Positions 22,922-34,960 of a stretch of DNA of 64,000 bases are shown piece by piece. Origin of the DNA: Macrostomum lignano (Eukaryota); NCBI GenBank assembly GCA_002269645.1, contig NIVC01001937.1, positions 124,001 to 188,000 on the forward strand, read 5' to 3'. The notes under the pieces were generated by a model. The model had not been told where the DNA came from. It did not search any database and worked only from the letters and a program-made list of their open reading frames with translations. Made by a program: the position numbers and the translations under genes. How positions within the stretch are numbered: position 1 is the stretch's first letter; every line of letters starts with the position of its first letter.

Positions 22922-24414
22922 TTTATAGGTTTCTTTAATATCTGGCATCACTCGTTCTACAGTAGCTGGCATCATTCCCTCCAGCTGGCTTTCCAGAACC
23001 GAAGAGACAGGCAAGGCATGTGTGGGCAAATTCAGCAACACGCAGCTGACAAGAAGTTACTGACATCAGTCTATTTTTGCAATCCGATGAAATAATTTAT
23101 TGCCAGAAAGCCTGTATATTTTGACCTACAGTTGGCTACAGTTTGCTGCTTGAACCTGTCACGAAACAAATGAAATGTACAAATCGACAATTCGCCTCTG
23201 CTGTTGAAAGAGAAAAAATATTTAGCAAGTTCGAGCTAAAAGCGTATGAGAAGCGGCCTCGAACACGATAACAGCAAAATGATAATTTATTCAACTGACT
23301 AAAAATTAGTAAACTGTAGCATCTCTCATAATAGCCATATTAATAAATAAGCTCGCTGCTATCAGTGGTCAGGTGCTTTAAGCGGAGTTGTGAGAAAAGC
23401 ATTACATCAACTACCATTTGTGAATGGGGCAGGTGTCTACACGTGTTGCCATGGCAGCAGTGGCCGTGAATAGCTGGGTGAGCCGCAAGAGTCCAGATAA
23501 ATGTAACAATTTTTGCGATTATGTACAATAATTATCAGCTAGCCAACTTGTCCAGGCCGTAGCGGCAAGTTATCACAAAATCAATCATCTTTTCCTCATT
23601 AAGCCTGTCTGTCTCTTCTTCTGCTCCTTAGACTGCAACAAGCAGCTGCGAAGGTCTGAAAGGCATTCAATGAGGGGGAGAGATCGGCTCAGGGTCAAGA
23701 CTCAATTCTATCAGCTACTGGTATACGTTAGTGTATAGCAGCTTTATGAGTCATATCGGGATACCGAATGCTCACAGGCCATCGGTGCCAGTGTACTGAA
23801 TGATCACGTGGCCTCCCCCCAACACTCAACCCGGTCTATAAGCAATATTTCATATGCATGTACAAAGATTATGCTATATATATATAGTAACTAGCATATA
23901 TTTAGTAGGCACTGGCTGTCAAGTCAATAGCAGGAGCAAGGGGCCTGTAGCTGCTCGATAGCACTTATGTTAGTTCGAGAAGGCACAGAGAAACTGATAA
24001 GGGCGGCACTGGGCGGTCTGCGCGCACTGATATGAACCCAGACAAATTTCCAAATCGACGAGCTGGAAGACTTGTGATTGGCAGGTGGAGAAGTTGTTCG
24101 CTCGTGCTACGGCAGTCTGCGGCGGGGACTCAATCTGAGCATAATGCCTAATTGATAATTGCACAAGATAGCAGATCTGGCTGCCAATCAACTGCTTACT
24201 CAAATGCGGTTTGAGCACCAGACGGGGTAGCACGACTGTCTAATTAATTAGTTAAAAATCCGACAATATTCGCGGGAGAACTACAGGGAGAAGTTGATGG
24301 ATAAGAAGGGCTGACCAGAATGGTGTGAATGAGTTTCTTCCTTAAACAAGTTCGTTTCTGATTGGGAAATCCGGTGTTCGGGTTATTAAGCGCAGGGCAG
24401 GCAACTCACCGCAC

Positions 24415-26487
24415 CTAGAGACAGGCTGAGTCAGGTGCGCGGTAGCCATACCGAGCTGTGGCTGGCGTTGCCATGGAAACCGTAGCGGTGCCGCCGTTAC
24501 CGCCCGGTACCGGCTGTTTCGACCAACTCAGGGTAGCATTGTTTGAAATCTGCGGCGAGGAGGTGAGCAAAAACTGCTGCTGCTGCTGCTGGAGCAGCTG
24601 GTGATGATGAGGCAGGTGGTGCTGCAGCGGCAGCTGGCCCCCCGCTGGCTGCTTGCAGTGCAGCCGGCCACCGCTCGGCGTGCTTCGCTCGTCGTCCTCG
24701 TCCTCATCGTCGTCGTGTCGGCGACCGCGGCCGCGGCTGCCGCCCGGCGTGAAGAAGCGGCGCCAGGAGCGGAGCGTCTTGCCGCCGACGATCCACAAGA
24801 CGGTGGTGAGGCCGATGGCCAGGCTGGCGAACACGCGGATGAGGAAGACGGCCGCGCTTGGCCTGCAGTTTCCGGTGTGTTTAAAGATTTTGTTAAAACG
24901 CGCTGTTTTCTAGAATTTTTTTGATTTGATCACATCGGGATCCCGTCCTGCCGCTAACAGTTTTTACTGTTTCTGATTGATAAATAACAAGAAATTAATG
25001 TCAATTTGCTAACTTCATAGGTGAAAATGACCTCGGTCAATTTACCTGTAGGGACTCCCGGGCACGTGCCACAGGTCTCGCTGGGACAGCTCGTACAGGT
25101 TGAGGCCGGCCAGGCAGGCGGTCGGAGCCACGTACAGAGCCGAGAACAGGCCGATTTTGCCCATCAGGACGTCGAACCGGCCGGTCTTGCGGCCATCCGA
25201 GCGGGCCTGTCGTCGCACGCGGGACATTGCGACGAAGCCGGCAGCCAGGCAGACGACAGCCAGAGCCAGGAAGGCCGCCTGCGGCAGGGCCACAAAGAGC
25301 AGCAAAGTGTCGCCGGACGTCTGGCCGCCGACGCCGCACATGCCGAGAAGTTCGTCGGCCTCAACCCGGCGCACGATGAGGATGCAGACGGTCAGCGCCA
25401 CCGGCAGCAGCCAGGCAGGCAGGTGGAAATAGCAGGAGCGCCTGGCCACGGCCTCCGGGCTCCACTTCCAGCCGGCCTGCAGCAGCCAGGTGAACACGAG
25501 GATCACGTACCAGGCGTTGGCCGCCGTGCTGAAGAAGTACTGCAGCAGGAAGACCACGGCGCAGTTGGTGTTGTCCAGGCCGTGCCGGATTAGCACCAGG
25601 CGGCCAGTGGCCGGGTCGCGGTCGCAGGCGGCGGCCTCCCGACCAGCCAGGAGGCGGATGAAGAAGGCGGCGCTGTAGCATAGGTAGCAGGCCGACATGA
25701 ACAGCACGGGCCGCACCGGGTAGCGGAATCTGCGCCTGTCGATGAGGAAAGTCAGCACAGTGACCAGCGAGCTGAGGGCGCAGATTCCGGCCAGGATTCC
25801 TGACCAGAGCTCGGCGAGGCGCCTGTCCTCCAGAGTGAACAGGTCTTGGCCGTGGCAGAGCAGGGCGCACTCGCCCGTGTGATTGAGGAAGAGGTACTGG
25901 CCGCTGTTGCGCATGTGCTCGCAGCCCGGCCGGAAGGCCCTGCTAGCAACGGTGCGGCGCCACTCGTCCAGCGCGGCCCAGAAGTTTTCTGGAGTTTTCC
26001 GAGGCGCCTGAGGCTGCTGCGGTGGAGCGGCCTCACCAACGCTGTCGCCACCGGGACTGCCCTCCATGCACATGTGGTCGCCGCGGTCGTTGCTCTCCGG
26101 AAAGTTGGAGCAGTTGAGAAAAGCCGGCCAATCGAAGCCGAACTCGCTGAGCACCGGGTAGCAGCTGGTCCGCACCCGCTCGCACAGTGGCCGGCAGGGA
26201 CCGATCGGCTTCGGCCACTTCGGGTCGCACATCGGGGTGAGCACCGAGCACAGGAAGAAGCGGAGACTGCGCGAGCACTGGTACTGGATTAGCGGCGAGA
26301 AGGTTGTGAGCATCACCTCCGCATCGCGCTGGTCTGCGTGGCCGGCCAGGTTCATGGCCTTGGTGGTCAAGTTGTAGCCGATGCCCTGGCAGAGGTCCAC
26401 CCTGATGGGCTCGCATTTGTGCAGTCCGGCGGTCGCACAGACGAGCTGGCTTGGCAGCAGCAGAGCCAGGAGGATTTGCAGTCTCAT
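24415..26487 (-). CDS. FZD4: Frizzled-4-like Wnt receptor; exons 26487-25046 and 24862-24415
   Basis: Signal peptide MRLQILLALLLP. The 10-Cys CRD has FZD4-like TTFSPLIQYQC, IGPC and NDRGDHMCMEG. Seven TM segments, Lys at 6.32 (MGKIG, as in FZD4/9) and a KTLRSW Dishevelled motif are present. The phase-2 GT-AG intron joins PYR|PSAAVFLIR in frame. Confidence 0.93.
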
Positions 26488-26614
26488 CTTGCTCCCTTTG
26501 CCTGCTTCTCTTTGCTTGTCGAACTCTGGACTGCCTAGATAAGCAAGCAAATCCGCGACAGAACGGAACTGGTCTGTCTGTCTCCTTTTCTTGGGGAGGG
26601 GCTGAAGGGGGCCT

Positions 26615-26622
26615 TATTTAAA
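26615..26622 (-). promoter_or_regulatory. TATA-like box upstream of Frizzled
   Basis: TTTAAATA on the minus strand ~130 bp upstream of the ATG, within a GC-rich proximal region. Confidence 0.25.
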
Positions 26623-29600
26623 ACGAAGAGGCGGAAGCACAGTTGGGCTGCCTACTGTGTGTGCACTTGGGCCCCCCCTTGTCAACTGTGGTTTCCCAGG
26701 AACCAATCGGCTGTCTGTTTGCCCTCCGAGCCCCCCTGCTGTCAGTCTGGGTGCGATCGCCTGTCTGGGTGGGGGCCATATTTTACTCTGCCTGTCTAAA
26801 AAGCGAACAGACAGGGCCACTCATTGGCTGACCGGCCCAGCCAGGGACTACTAGATATAAGCGCCAGTGGACTGGAGGCTAGAAAAGACACACCCTCCAT
26901 TTTGACGCTTGGGGAGTGACAAGGACCTCTGTCCAATAGAGGAGAAGGAATAGAGGAGAGGGAAGAAGAAAAAAGATGAGATGAGAGAATAGTTAAGATG
27001 AGATGAGGGAGAGGGGATAGAGGAGAGAAGAGAGCTGAGAGAAGAGACTGTGAAAGTAACCTTAAAAGTACGTAATATTTGCTAAAATTAGATAGGAAAC
27101 CGTGCTTTTCTTCATCGCAACTTTTAATAGTTGACAAGAATTTACTGATTTTACAGTCTGTCAAAGTTTTGATTTTTAATTATTTTTTTATTTTTCGTTT
27201 TAACAAAAGAGTGTGTCAAATCTCTGAATTCCCAGCACTGCAACTTTTGAAGGCCGATTTTTATGACAGAGAGTAAGCAGCTCTCTCAGCCTTTCTTGAT
27301 AAGCCGCTTCTCGGAAACCAACTGAGCTCACTTCCTCAAATAAGCTGAAATGCATCAAGCTTGACCACAGGACGGTTCCAATCCGGAAGGTTTCACGGGT
27401 CACCACCCGTGTCGCGGCTCACAAGTCCTACTCTCACCGTGTAAAAATATGAATTGAATTGATTTACAATTACCGGAACAGCCGCCCGCCTGCCTGCCTG
27501 GCTGGCTAGACAAAAAAGGGGTATTATAAAATGCTTGATTTCTACGTTTGATTGTGCAACACCCTTCGTCCCTTCTGTAGGTAGGCGTTGTTTATGGCTA
27601 TCGTGGCAACTTGGCAAGCTGAGGAAATCGGGATATGCTACAAACAGAGGCGGCCAGAGTGGCAGTCCTTGAGGTGACAAATGCGCGCAGCTGTCACTGG
27701 ATTGGAGGACAGGCGCAATCGCTTCGTCACAGTGAGTCAGCAGCACCTATTTGCGTTCATTGCATATGGCTCTGTCTCTCTCTCTGGTTCTAGACCGGAC
27801 TCACGCTGCTCTGATCCTCACTGCAGCCTTGCATGGCATGCTGCTCTGCCTCGGTTGCACAACAACTTTTTTGTGTTTTTCTGCTTTTGATTAGTTGCCT
27901 TAGCCGGCGGGGCGCTGTTGGCGGTACTGTTGAGAACTACAGGGCCAAGCCATTAGAACTGAGCTGCTGAGCACTATCCCATACGAGATTTATCCCGCTT
28001 TGATCCTCATTTATCCTCAGTGCGCGCTTCGGTTTTAGGAAAATTCAAAATAATCTCCATTTCGTTTTGCTCCTAAAGCGCGCTGCAACGCATTGGGGGG
28101 AGTGGAGGGGCATTAACCAGACATTCTCCCAATTTCTAACTAAAGTTTATAAGACCGACAAGTCAGGCTTCCCTGCGTTTCTTTCCCTATCAGTCTGTCT
28201 CCCCCCTCTCTCCCCCACCAGGTTTGAAGGGGATTCGCTTCAAATTTTGTCTGACAGTTTGACAGCTACAGCCTACAGGAGCCTTACTTCCCCACCAGCC
28301 TTTCTTATCCCCGGAGATCGGGTGCAAGCCCCTCCCCTCTCATCCTAGCGCAAGAACTTTGGAGAGAAGCCTCGTCATAGACAAAGCGCGCCAGGCCGGC
28401 CCTTCGTCAAGCCCACTTGTCATTCTGCGCCCCTCTCGGGGAGATGCAGAACTGCCTGCCGTCTGGGAGCATTGCGAGTCCAGATGTTCAGTCAGTCCGT
28501 TCCGTCTGTCCCTAGACTTGGAACAAAAGTAAACAAGTAGCCAGGAGGTCCTCGTGTCAAAGATGCTGACTGAGCGGTATTGGCATAGCTATGTTGAATC
28601 AAACTGATACAGACGGCCCAGACATCGAATGGACCCCTGCATGACCATTGCGAGACATGAACTGCATCCATACGGGCTGAGGGACTCCGGGGGGGGGTCA
28701 CTGAGAAAGACAAATAATTCAGAAAACTTACTGACCAGCTTCCCAGCTCCACTTTTTTTCCCAACAACACTTATACCCACTTTAAACTCTGGCGATTACA
28801 GTTTCTCGAGCCCAATGTCCCACCACAGTAATAGGAAATTGAGATTCCGAACGATTGACTCGGCCCAATTTGAAGCGCCCGGAAGTTTTCGTCAGACCAT
28901 TGTGTGGATGGCCGGGCCACGGCACAGAGAATCTATACAGCTTGCCGCAGCTGCCCGGACCGGCTCTCACACACTGCGCTTTGGTATGTGAAGCAGCGGC
29001 CCGTCCAGCTTTGGCTTGGCGGGCAGGAGGCGGCCGGCCCGGGCTGTCTGTGGCAGGGCACTGACGCATCGCTGCTGGCTGTTTGAATGATTTATGGCCG
29101 GCCCTTCAAGCCCAAGCCGACAGCTCCAAATCCAGTCGCCACTAAACTCCAACCCCACCTCCACCCAATGCAGCCGTAGCTCTGAGACAGTTTGCTTTGC
29201 CTGCCGCTGGGCGCTGCTTCCCCTATTGTGGGGCTATTGTTAAATGCGCGCCCAGCTTGAGGCTTATTTTTACATATCTCTCCTCGACAGCGGTACGAAT
29301 GATCTCCCCTTGTTCCCTCACACACACAGCCAGGCCGGCCGCAAATGTTTGCCAGAGTCAACGGGGCAGAAAATTCAATTGCTAGCGTCTATCAGATCCG
29401 TCCAGTGTCAGTGTCAGTCAGTCAGCAACTACATGAGCAAGGGGATATGGGGGCAGCCCCCAGCCATTAATCATGCAAGCCGCACCTACTGCAGAAGCCG
29501 CCGCAACAGCAGGCTACTACAGTCTAACCATCGCTATCCCGTTTCGGAGTGCTGTGATTTTGAGCAGGACCGCACTTGATGAGTAGCAGCAGTACGTAAT

Positions 29601-29767
29601 TAACGAAGTCGCCTGCCAAATCAGTTTCAAGCTATGCGAACTTTCTTGCATTTATATCTGACTTAAAACAATGGAAAAGCTGCATAGATTAAAGAGCTGC
29701 ATTTGACTAGCTAGCTAAGCATTGCTACTCACTGATATACATTAGGGGTCAAAGGGGGGCAAGGGGG

Positions 29768-30029
29768 GGCATCGCAAACCCGAAAAATCACAACTCCGAA
29801 AGGTCTAGCAATGTCCAACACTATTTTGGTTTTCTGAGTTTTGATATTTCGGGTTTGTGATATTTCGGGTTTGTGATGTTTCGGGTTTGTGATATTTCGG
29901 GTTTGTGATATTTCGGGTTTGTGGTATTTCGGGTTTGTGATATTTCGGGTTTGTGATATTTCGGGTTTGTGATATTTCGGGTTTGTGATATTTCGGGTTT
30001 GTGATTTTTCGGGTTTATGATGGCGATCC
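29768..30029. mobile_element. Small TIR element with an internal 16-bp array (GATATTTCGGGTTTGT)
   Basis: AAACCCGAAAAATCAC near 29776 is the reverse complement of GTGATTTTTCGGGTTT at 30001. The array is a tandem run of the same motif. Confidence 0.55.
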
Positions 30030-31731
30030 TCGACAAACTCCGGCCCGCCAAGCCTCTCCATCCGGCCCCCGTGGGTCCTTTGAAACTTCACAATTAGCAA
30101 TCCGGCCCTCTCAAGGTCTATCTGTGTCTCTTCTCAGCTCGCTTCTCTCTAATCTCGTCTCTCCTCTCCTTGCTTCTCCTCTATTCCATCTCATCTCTAC
30201 CCCCCTCTTGCCCGCAAGCATGCGCTCAAAAGCCTGTTTTACATGCAGCTACACTAAACTTGAGGTCTTCGCTGTCCCTGGTTTAGGATTAATAATGTAA
30301 GGGTGCTCAATAGGTCAAGATTTCCAATGAAATTCCACAGGTATGACTCACGGCTGCATAAAATTTGCAAATTGCATGCAAAACCCTGCTAGCAAGGCTG
30401 AGTACCGAGAGAAGGTACTCAACTCAAGCGCCCCTCCCAGCTGCAGTGAACTCCGGGGAGTAGCTAAAGTGAAAGAAATTGCAAGGAACGGCGATAGAAG
30501 AAGTGTTTACCCCTCAGCAATGCCTCAGGTCTACAAGCCCACCTAAACAGATCCCAAACACCGATCAAGAGCCCCACAGAAGGGATCATTGAGGAAAGTC
30601 GTTGACGTGTGCCGCGGCTGATCTGAAGTGCTTGACTTAGCGAAGCGCGCAGCAAGTTTCCGCCAGCCTCGTGCTGCACGCGTCAGGCCGATCTGCTTCT
30701 AAAAAGCAGATCATCGATCAGTCAAAAGTCGGCGGAGCCCGCTTGAAACCCGGGGCGAGGATCGGCGGATCTCTCTTGATCAGCTTCAATGCTGAACCCG
30801 TTGACACGGGCCTCCGCCCGCCCGCCCCTGGCCGGCGCTGAGTGAGAAAATTTCAAGCAATCTTGAAAAGCCCGCTTTGGCAGCCGGGAGGAAGCGCAGG
30901 GCAGCCGCTTGTCTAGCGGCGCCGGCACAGGTTAATCAAAGGCCGCGGCCATCCATCATGGTCCGCTATTCCATCAGAGCGCGTTGTCAGCGCTCGGGCT
31001 GAAGCAGACATGCCCCCCCCCTGTGCCTTCCATTCAACTTCCTTCTTCCACTATAACTAACCGTTCCATCTCGTGTCTTTTCATTAATCTATCATTTAAT
31101 TCTGTATAATTTCACTCGTTTGCAGCTCAACTTATTCAATTCAATTATGATTCCAGAATCTTAGATTATTCGACCAGACTTAGATCAAGAAGCTAAACTA
31201 AAAGACCAGATTGAAAGCCTAGCTAATGACTGTGGGCTAGCTGAGAGAGGAGAGAAGAGTAAATAGAGGTGCGAGAGAATAGGGAAGAGGAGATGAGAGA
31301 TGAGAGAAGACGAGATGAGAGAGGAGAGAGAAAGGGAAGAGAGGATCGAGAGAAGAGGGGAGAGAGGATCGAGAGAAGAGGGGAGAGAGGATCGAGAGAA
31401 GAGGGGAGAGAGGATCGAGAGAAGACGGGAGAGAGGATCGAGAGAAGAGGGGAGAGAGGATCGAGAGAAGAGGGGAGAGAGGATCGAGAGAAGAGGGGAG
31501 AGGATCGGGAGAAGAGGGGAGAGGATCGGGAGAAGAGGGGAGAGAGGATCGAGAGAAGAGGGGAGAGGATCGGGAGAAGAGGGGAGAGAGGATCGAGAGA
31601 AGAGGGGAGAAAGGAGGTAAGAGAGCTGAGAAGAGACACAAACCTTGAGCGGGCCGGATTGCTATTGTGAAATTTCAAAGGACCCGAGGGCCGGATAGAG
31701 AGGCTTGGCGGGCCGGACTTTGCCGACCCAT
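30030..31731. mobile_element. hAT(Charlie)-like element with ~110-bp inverted arms
   Basis: 30031-30140 (..CAAACTCCGGCCCGCCAAGCCTCTC..CAATCCGGCCC..CAAGGT..TGTGTCTCTTCTCAGCTC) is a close reverse complement of 31620-31731. The GGGTCGGCAAA..GGCCCG pattern is typical of hAT ends. No TSD was found. Confidence 0.55.
31255..31625. repeat. Purine-rich (GA) degenerate repeat GAGAGGATCGAGAGAAGAGGG
   Basis: Direct reading of the sequence. Confidence 0.9.
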
Positions 31732-32669
31732 TTCTTCGATAATTCCAACATCCTTGATGATTCGAGTCTTGCTCGCTGCTGCTGACGCTGCAGGTTGTTG
31801 TTGTTATCGCTAAAGAACGCGCCCCATTCCTTGCTCTTCCTCTCCGCGGGTCGTGACGGTGCTATTCCCAGTACATTCAGATATTAATACTCGTTCAAGC
31901 TACTTTAAAGTAAGTAGTCTGAACGAGCATGCTGATCGAAAGTTTGGGTAGGACATGGCAATTTGCTGTCCAGTTGCCCCGGTGGCCCCCATCTTGTCTA
32001 CTAAAATACGGTAAACTAATGAACCCACGGGCATTTATAGAATTAAGCAATCGCATCCCAATTTTATTGGGAATCTCTGGGCCAAATCTGGACTTCTGAA
32101 GGCCCTACGACCTACATGTAAGTTCGAGCTGATTAGGCTTTGTTTGAGGGCACCTGTGTTATTAACAAATCCTCTATAAAGATCCCTAGCAAAATTTTGT
32201 AATTTGAAGTTCCAACATTGCATTGGTAGTCTATGTCCAAAACTAAAGTTCCTCTATATAGTTACCGCAAATTCTGCTTTTGCATCCTTTTTCCTTTGTG
32301 CTTATATAAAGAACTGCTTCTATCGATCACACTTAATCACAGCGCAATGTCTGGTGAGCAGTGGCTCGTTCACAATGGCAGCTGTCACTGTGACGATTGC
32401 TGTGACTGCAATCACAGCGACAATGATCCCACTCGATTGAGCAGCTTCCCGCTTACCCTGCAGTTTGACCTTTCTGTCAGTGCCAGTTGCCAGCCAGATG
32501 GCGCCAGTGACAGCGGGTCCCTGATTCTGTGGCCAGTGCTGCACAATGTCTGCAGTCAAGTCGATGCGGATGATTCAGGGGGTAAGACTGTTGCTGCTTT
32601 CTGAAATTTCTTTGCAGTCTCACAGTACCTATGCAGCAGCCAGTTAATTCGGCTGATCTCAGCTCTCTC

Positions 32670-33505
32670 TGCTCAACTCGAACAAATCCCATTGCTCAAC
32701 TCGGACAACTCCCATTGCTCAACTCGGACAAAGCCCATTGCTCAACTCGGACAAATCCCATTGCTCAACTCAGACAAATCCCATTGCTCAACTCGGACAA
32801 CTCCCATTGCTCAACTCAGACAAATCCCATTGCTCAGCTCGGACAACTCCCATTGCTCAACTCAGACAAATCCCATTGCTCAACTCAGACAAATCCCATT
32901 GCTCAACTCAGACAAATCCCATTGCTCAACTCGGACAACTCCCATTGCTCAACTCGGACAAATCCCATTGCTCAACTCGGACAAATCCCATTGCTCAACT
33001 CGGACAAAGCCCATTGCTCAACTCGGACAACTCCCATTGCTCAACTCAGACAAATCCCATTGCTCAACTCAGACAAATCCCATTGCTCAACTCGGACAAA
33101 TCCCATTGCTCAACTCGGACAACTCCCATTGCTCAACTCAGACAAATCCCATTGCTCAACTCGGACAAATCCCATTGCTCAACTCGGACAAAGCCCATTG
33201 CTCAACTCGGACAAATCCCATTGCTCAACTCGGACAACTCCCATTGCTCAACTCGGACAACTCCCATTGCTCAACTCGGACAACTCCCATTGCTCAACTC
33301 GGACAACTCCCATTGCTCAACTCGGACAGATCCCATTGCTCAACTCAGACAAATCCCATTGCTCAACTCGAACAAATCCCATTGCTCAACTCGGACAAAG
33401 CCCATTGCTCAATTCGGACAGATCCCATTGCTCAATTCGGACAGATCCCATTGCTCAACTCGGACAAATCCGATTGCTCAACTTGAACAAATCTCAATGC
33501 TCAAC
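32670..33505. repeat. 23-bp minisatellite (TTGCTCAACTCGGACAAATCCCA), ~36 copies
   Basis: Direct tandem units. Confidence 0.97.
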
Positions 33506-33559
33506 TCGGATAGTTTTATTGATTAATTAGGTTGATCAAGCGGTTTGCTAAGTTCGAAT

Positions 33560-33950
33560 CACACTCACAGCCCTCTAATCTAGATAATCCCGCAGACGGA
33601 TTGTCAAACAGAGACTCAGCCGGCGAGCGGACTTCGGACCCGTTGCCAAAGCCGGAGATCAGCAGTCCCGACCAGTTGGACAGCCTGAGCCAAAGGCTGA
33701 AGCGACTGAAGCAGAGCTGGTGCCGGCCTGAAGCTACCGAACCAGGAGCGGGCCCTGAGGAGTTCAAGCGAGAGTGCACCATGGACCAGGCTACAGCGGA
33801 GACGCCCGCTTTGATTGGCCAAGTCAGAGAGGCAACCGCAAAACCGGATAATCATTCACAACAACCAACTGCTTGCGGAGGCTCGTCTGCTGCTGTACTT
33901 ACGCCATCTAGAAGAGTTCAAGCACATGGGCGAGGTTTGTTTCGCTTAGT
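33560..33950 (+). mobile_element. Possible decayed BEL/Pao LTR retrotransposon pol fragment (RNase H end to integrase linker)
   Basis: NPADGLS resembles NPADxxSRG. A shifted frame reads PWTRLQR...LLAEARLLLYLRHLEEF, resembling W.RLLRV...EL.EAE..LLR..Q.E.F. Confidence 0.35.
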
Positions 33951-33984
33951 TTGTGTCTTTGCTCACATGGGGTTATTTTAGCAG

Positions 33985-34047
33985 GCAACAACAGCAATAA
34001 CAACAACAACAACAACAACAACAGCAACAACAACAATAACAACAACA
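33985..34047. repeat. (CAA)n microsatellite
   Basis: Direct reading of the sequence. Confidence 0.9.
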
Positions 34048-34639
34048 CGAGTGCAGACCGGCTCCTACAAGCTGTCGCTGTCGCTGCCGAGTGCTAGGAC
34101 GACCTCATTCTTAATCTCCAAGTTCCGGCTCTAAAGTTTAAATTTCTGCTGGGTCCCGCCGACTGCGGCCTTGCTGGTATTGAGGCAGAGAAACCGAGTG
34201 GCGGCCAAGGCCGCTGCAAATAACCAGAGCCAGACCGGTCTAACTGGAAGTAGTCAAGGCCTTGGCCCGCCGCTGCAGATACGCCTTGGACGCCTCCACC
34301 ACGGGCCCAACTTGGCCGCCGCCGAACAACCTACCAAGACGTAGACGTTACCAGGTGCTCTTTAACCAGCTCAGCGCGGGGCCCAGCACTCAGTCCCGCG
34401 GCTGGGGATCGACGCCCCCCCCCTCTGCCCAGACTGAGGCATTGGAGGAAACCCCTCGATCACCTTGTCTTTGTCGCGTCAGACGACCTTCACCAAGACC
34501 TTGATGGAGTGTATGGCCGTGCCTATCAGGCTGCTCCGCAGTCTGGGGCGCATTTTGCCCCTGGCCCTATCAGCCGCGCCTTGAATATGAGGAGGAAGAA
34601 GATTATGATGCTGTGTCCTGCCAGCTGGAGTCCCCAACG

Positions 34640-34960
34640 GGTCATGTAACAAGTCGCTTAAACGGGCCAGGCCGGTGTGGCAATACAGTGCCGCGTTGGT
34701 GATTCACTCGTCACCGATCTTGAAAGCGTATGTGCACCGCGTCAACTTGCTGTTCTATTGAATCTGCCAGCGTCCAGGTTTCGGTGTTGTAACACAGGAT
34801 ACCTCGACCACCAGCCCCTTACAGAACCAAAGGTGGCCCAGAAAAACCCACGGTACCGCCGCAGCTCGCTGCAGGACGTTGGGAATCAGACTGCCAAAGT
34901 AAACGAACTGTTGACATTGTGGAAGTGCCATCGCCTGTCCGTCAGCGCCATGGCGCAAAA
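34640..34960 (-). mobile_element. Decayed RTE-clade LINE reverse transcriptase C-terminal fragment
   Basis: The minus strand has LPQCQQFVYFGSLIP (~F.YLGS thumb motif), followed by TNAALYCHTGLARLSDLL (~SN.ELY...L.R.S.LL). Confidence 0.5.

Noticed and set aside
24410-24435. Possible 5-nt microexon or recursive site (CTGAC..CTCTAG|GTGCG|GTGAGT) at the Frizzled stop
   Set aside because: The acceptor-like sequence is also the coding end of the gene, and no upstream donor needs it.
25021-26292. Plus-strand ORFs overlapping Frizzled; likewise minus-strand ORFs over the cyclophilin and TRAPPC10 exons
   Set aside because: These are antisense shadows of GC3-rich coding sequence.
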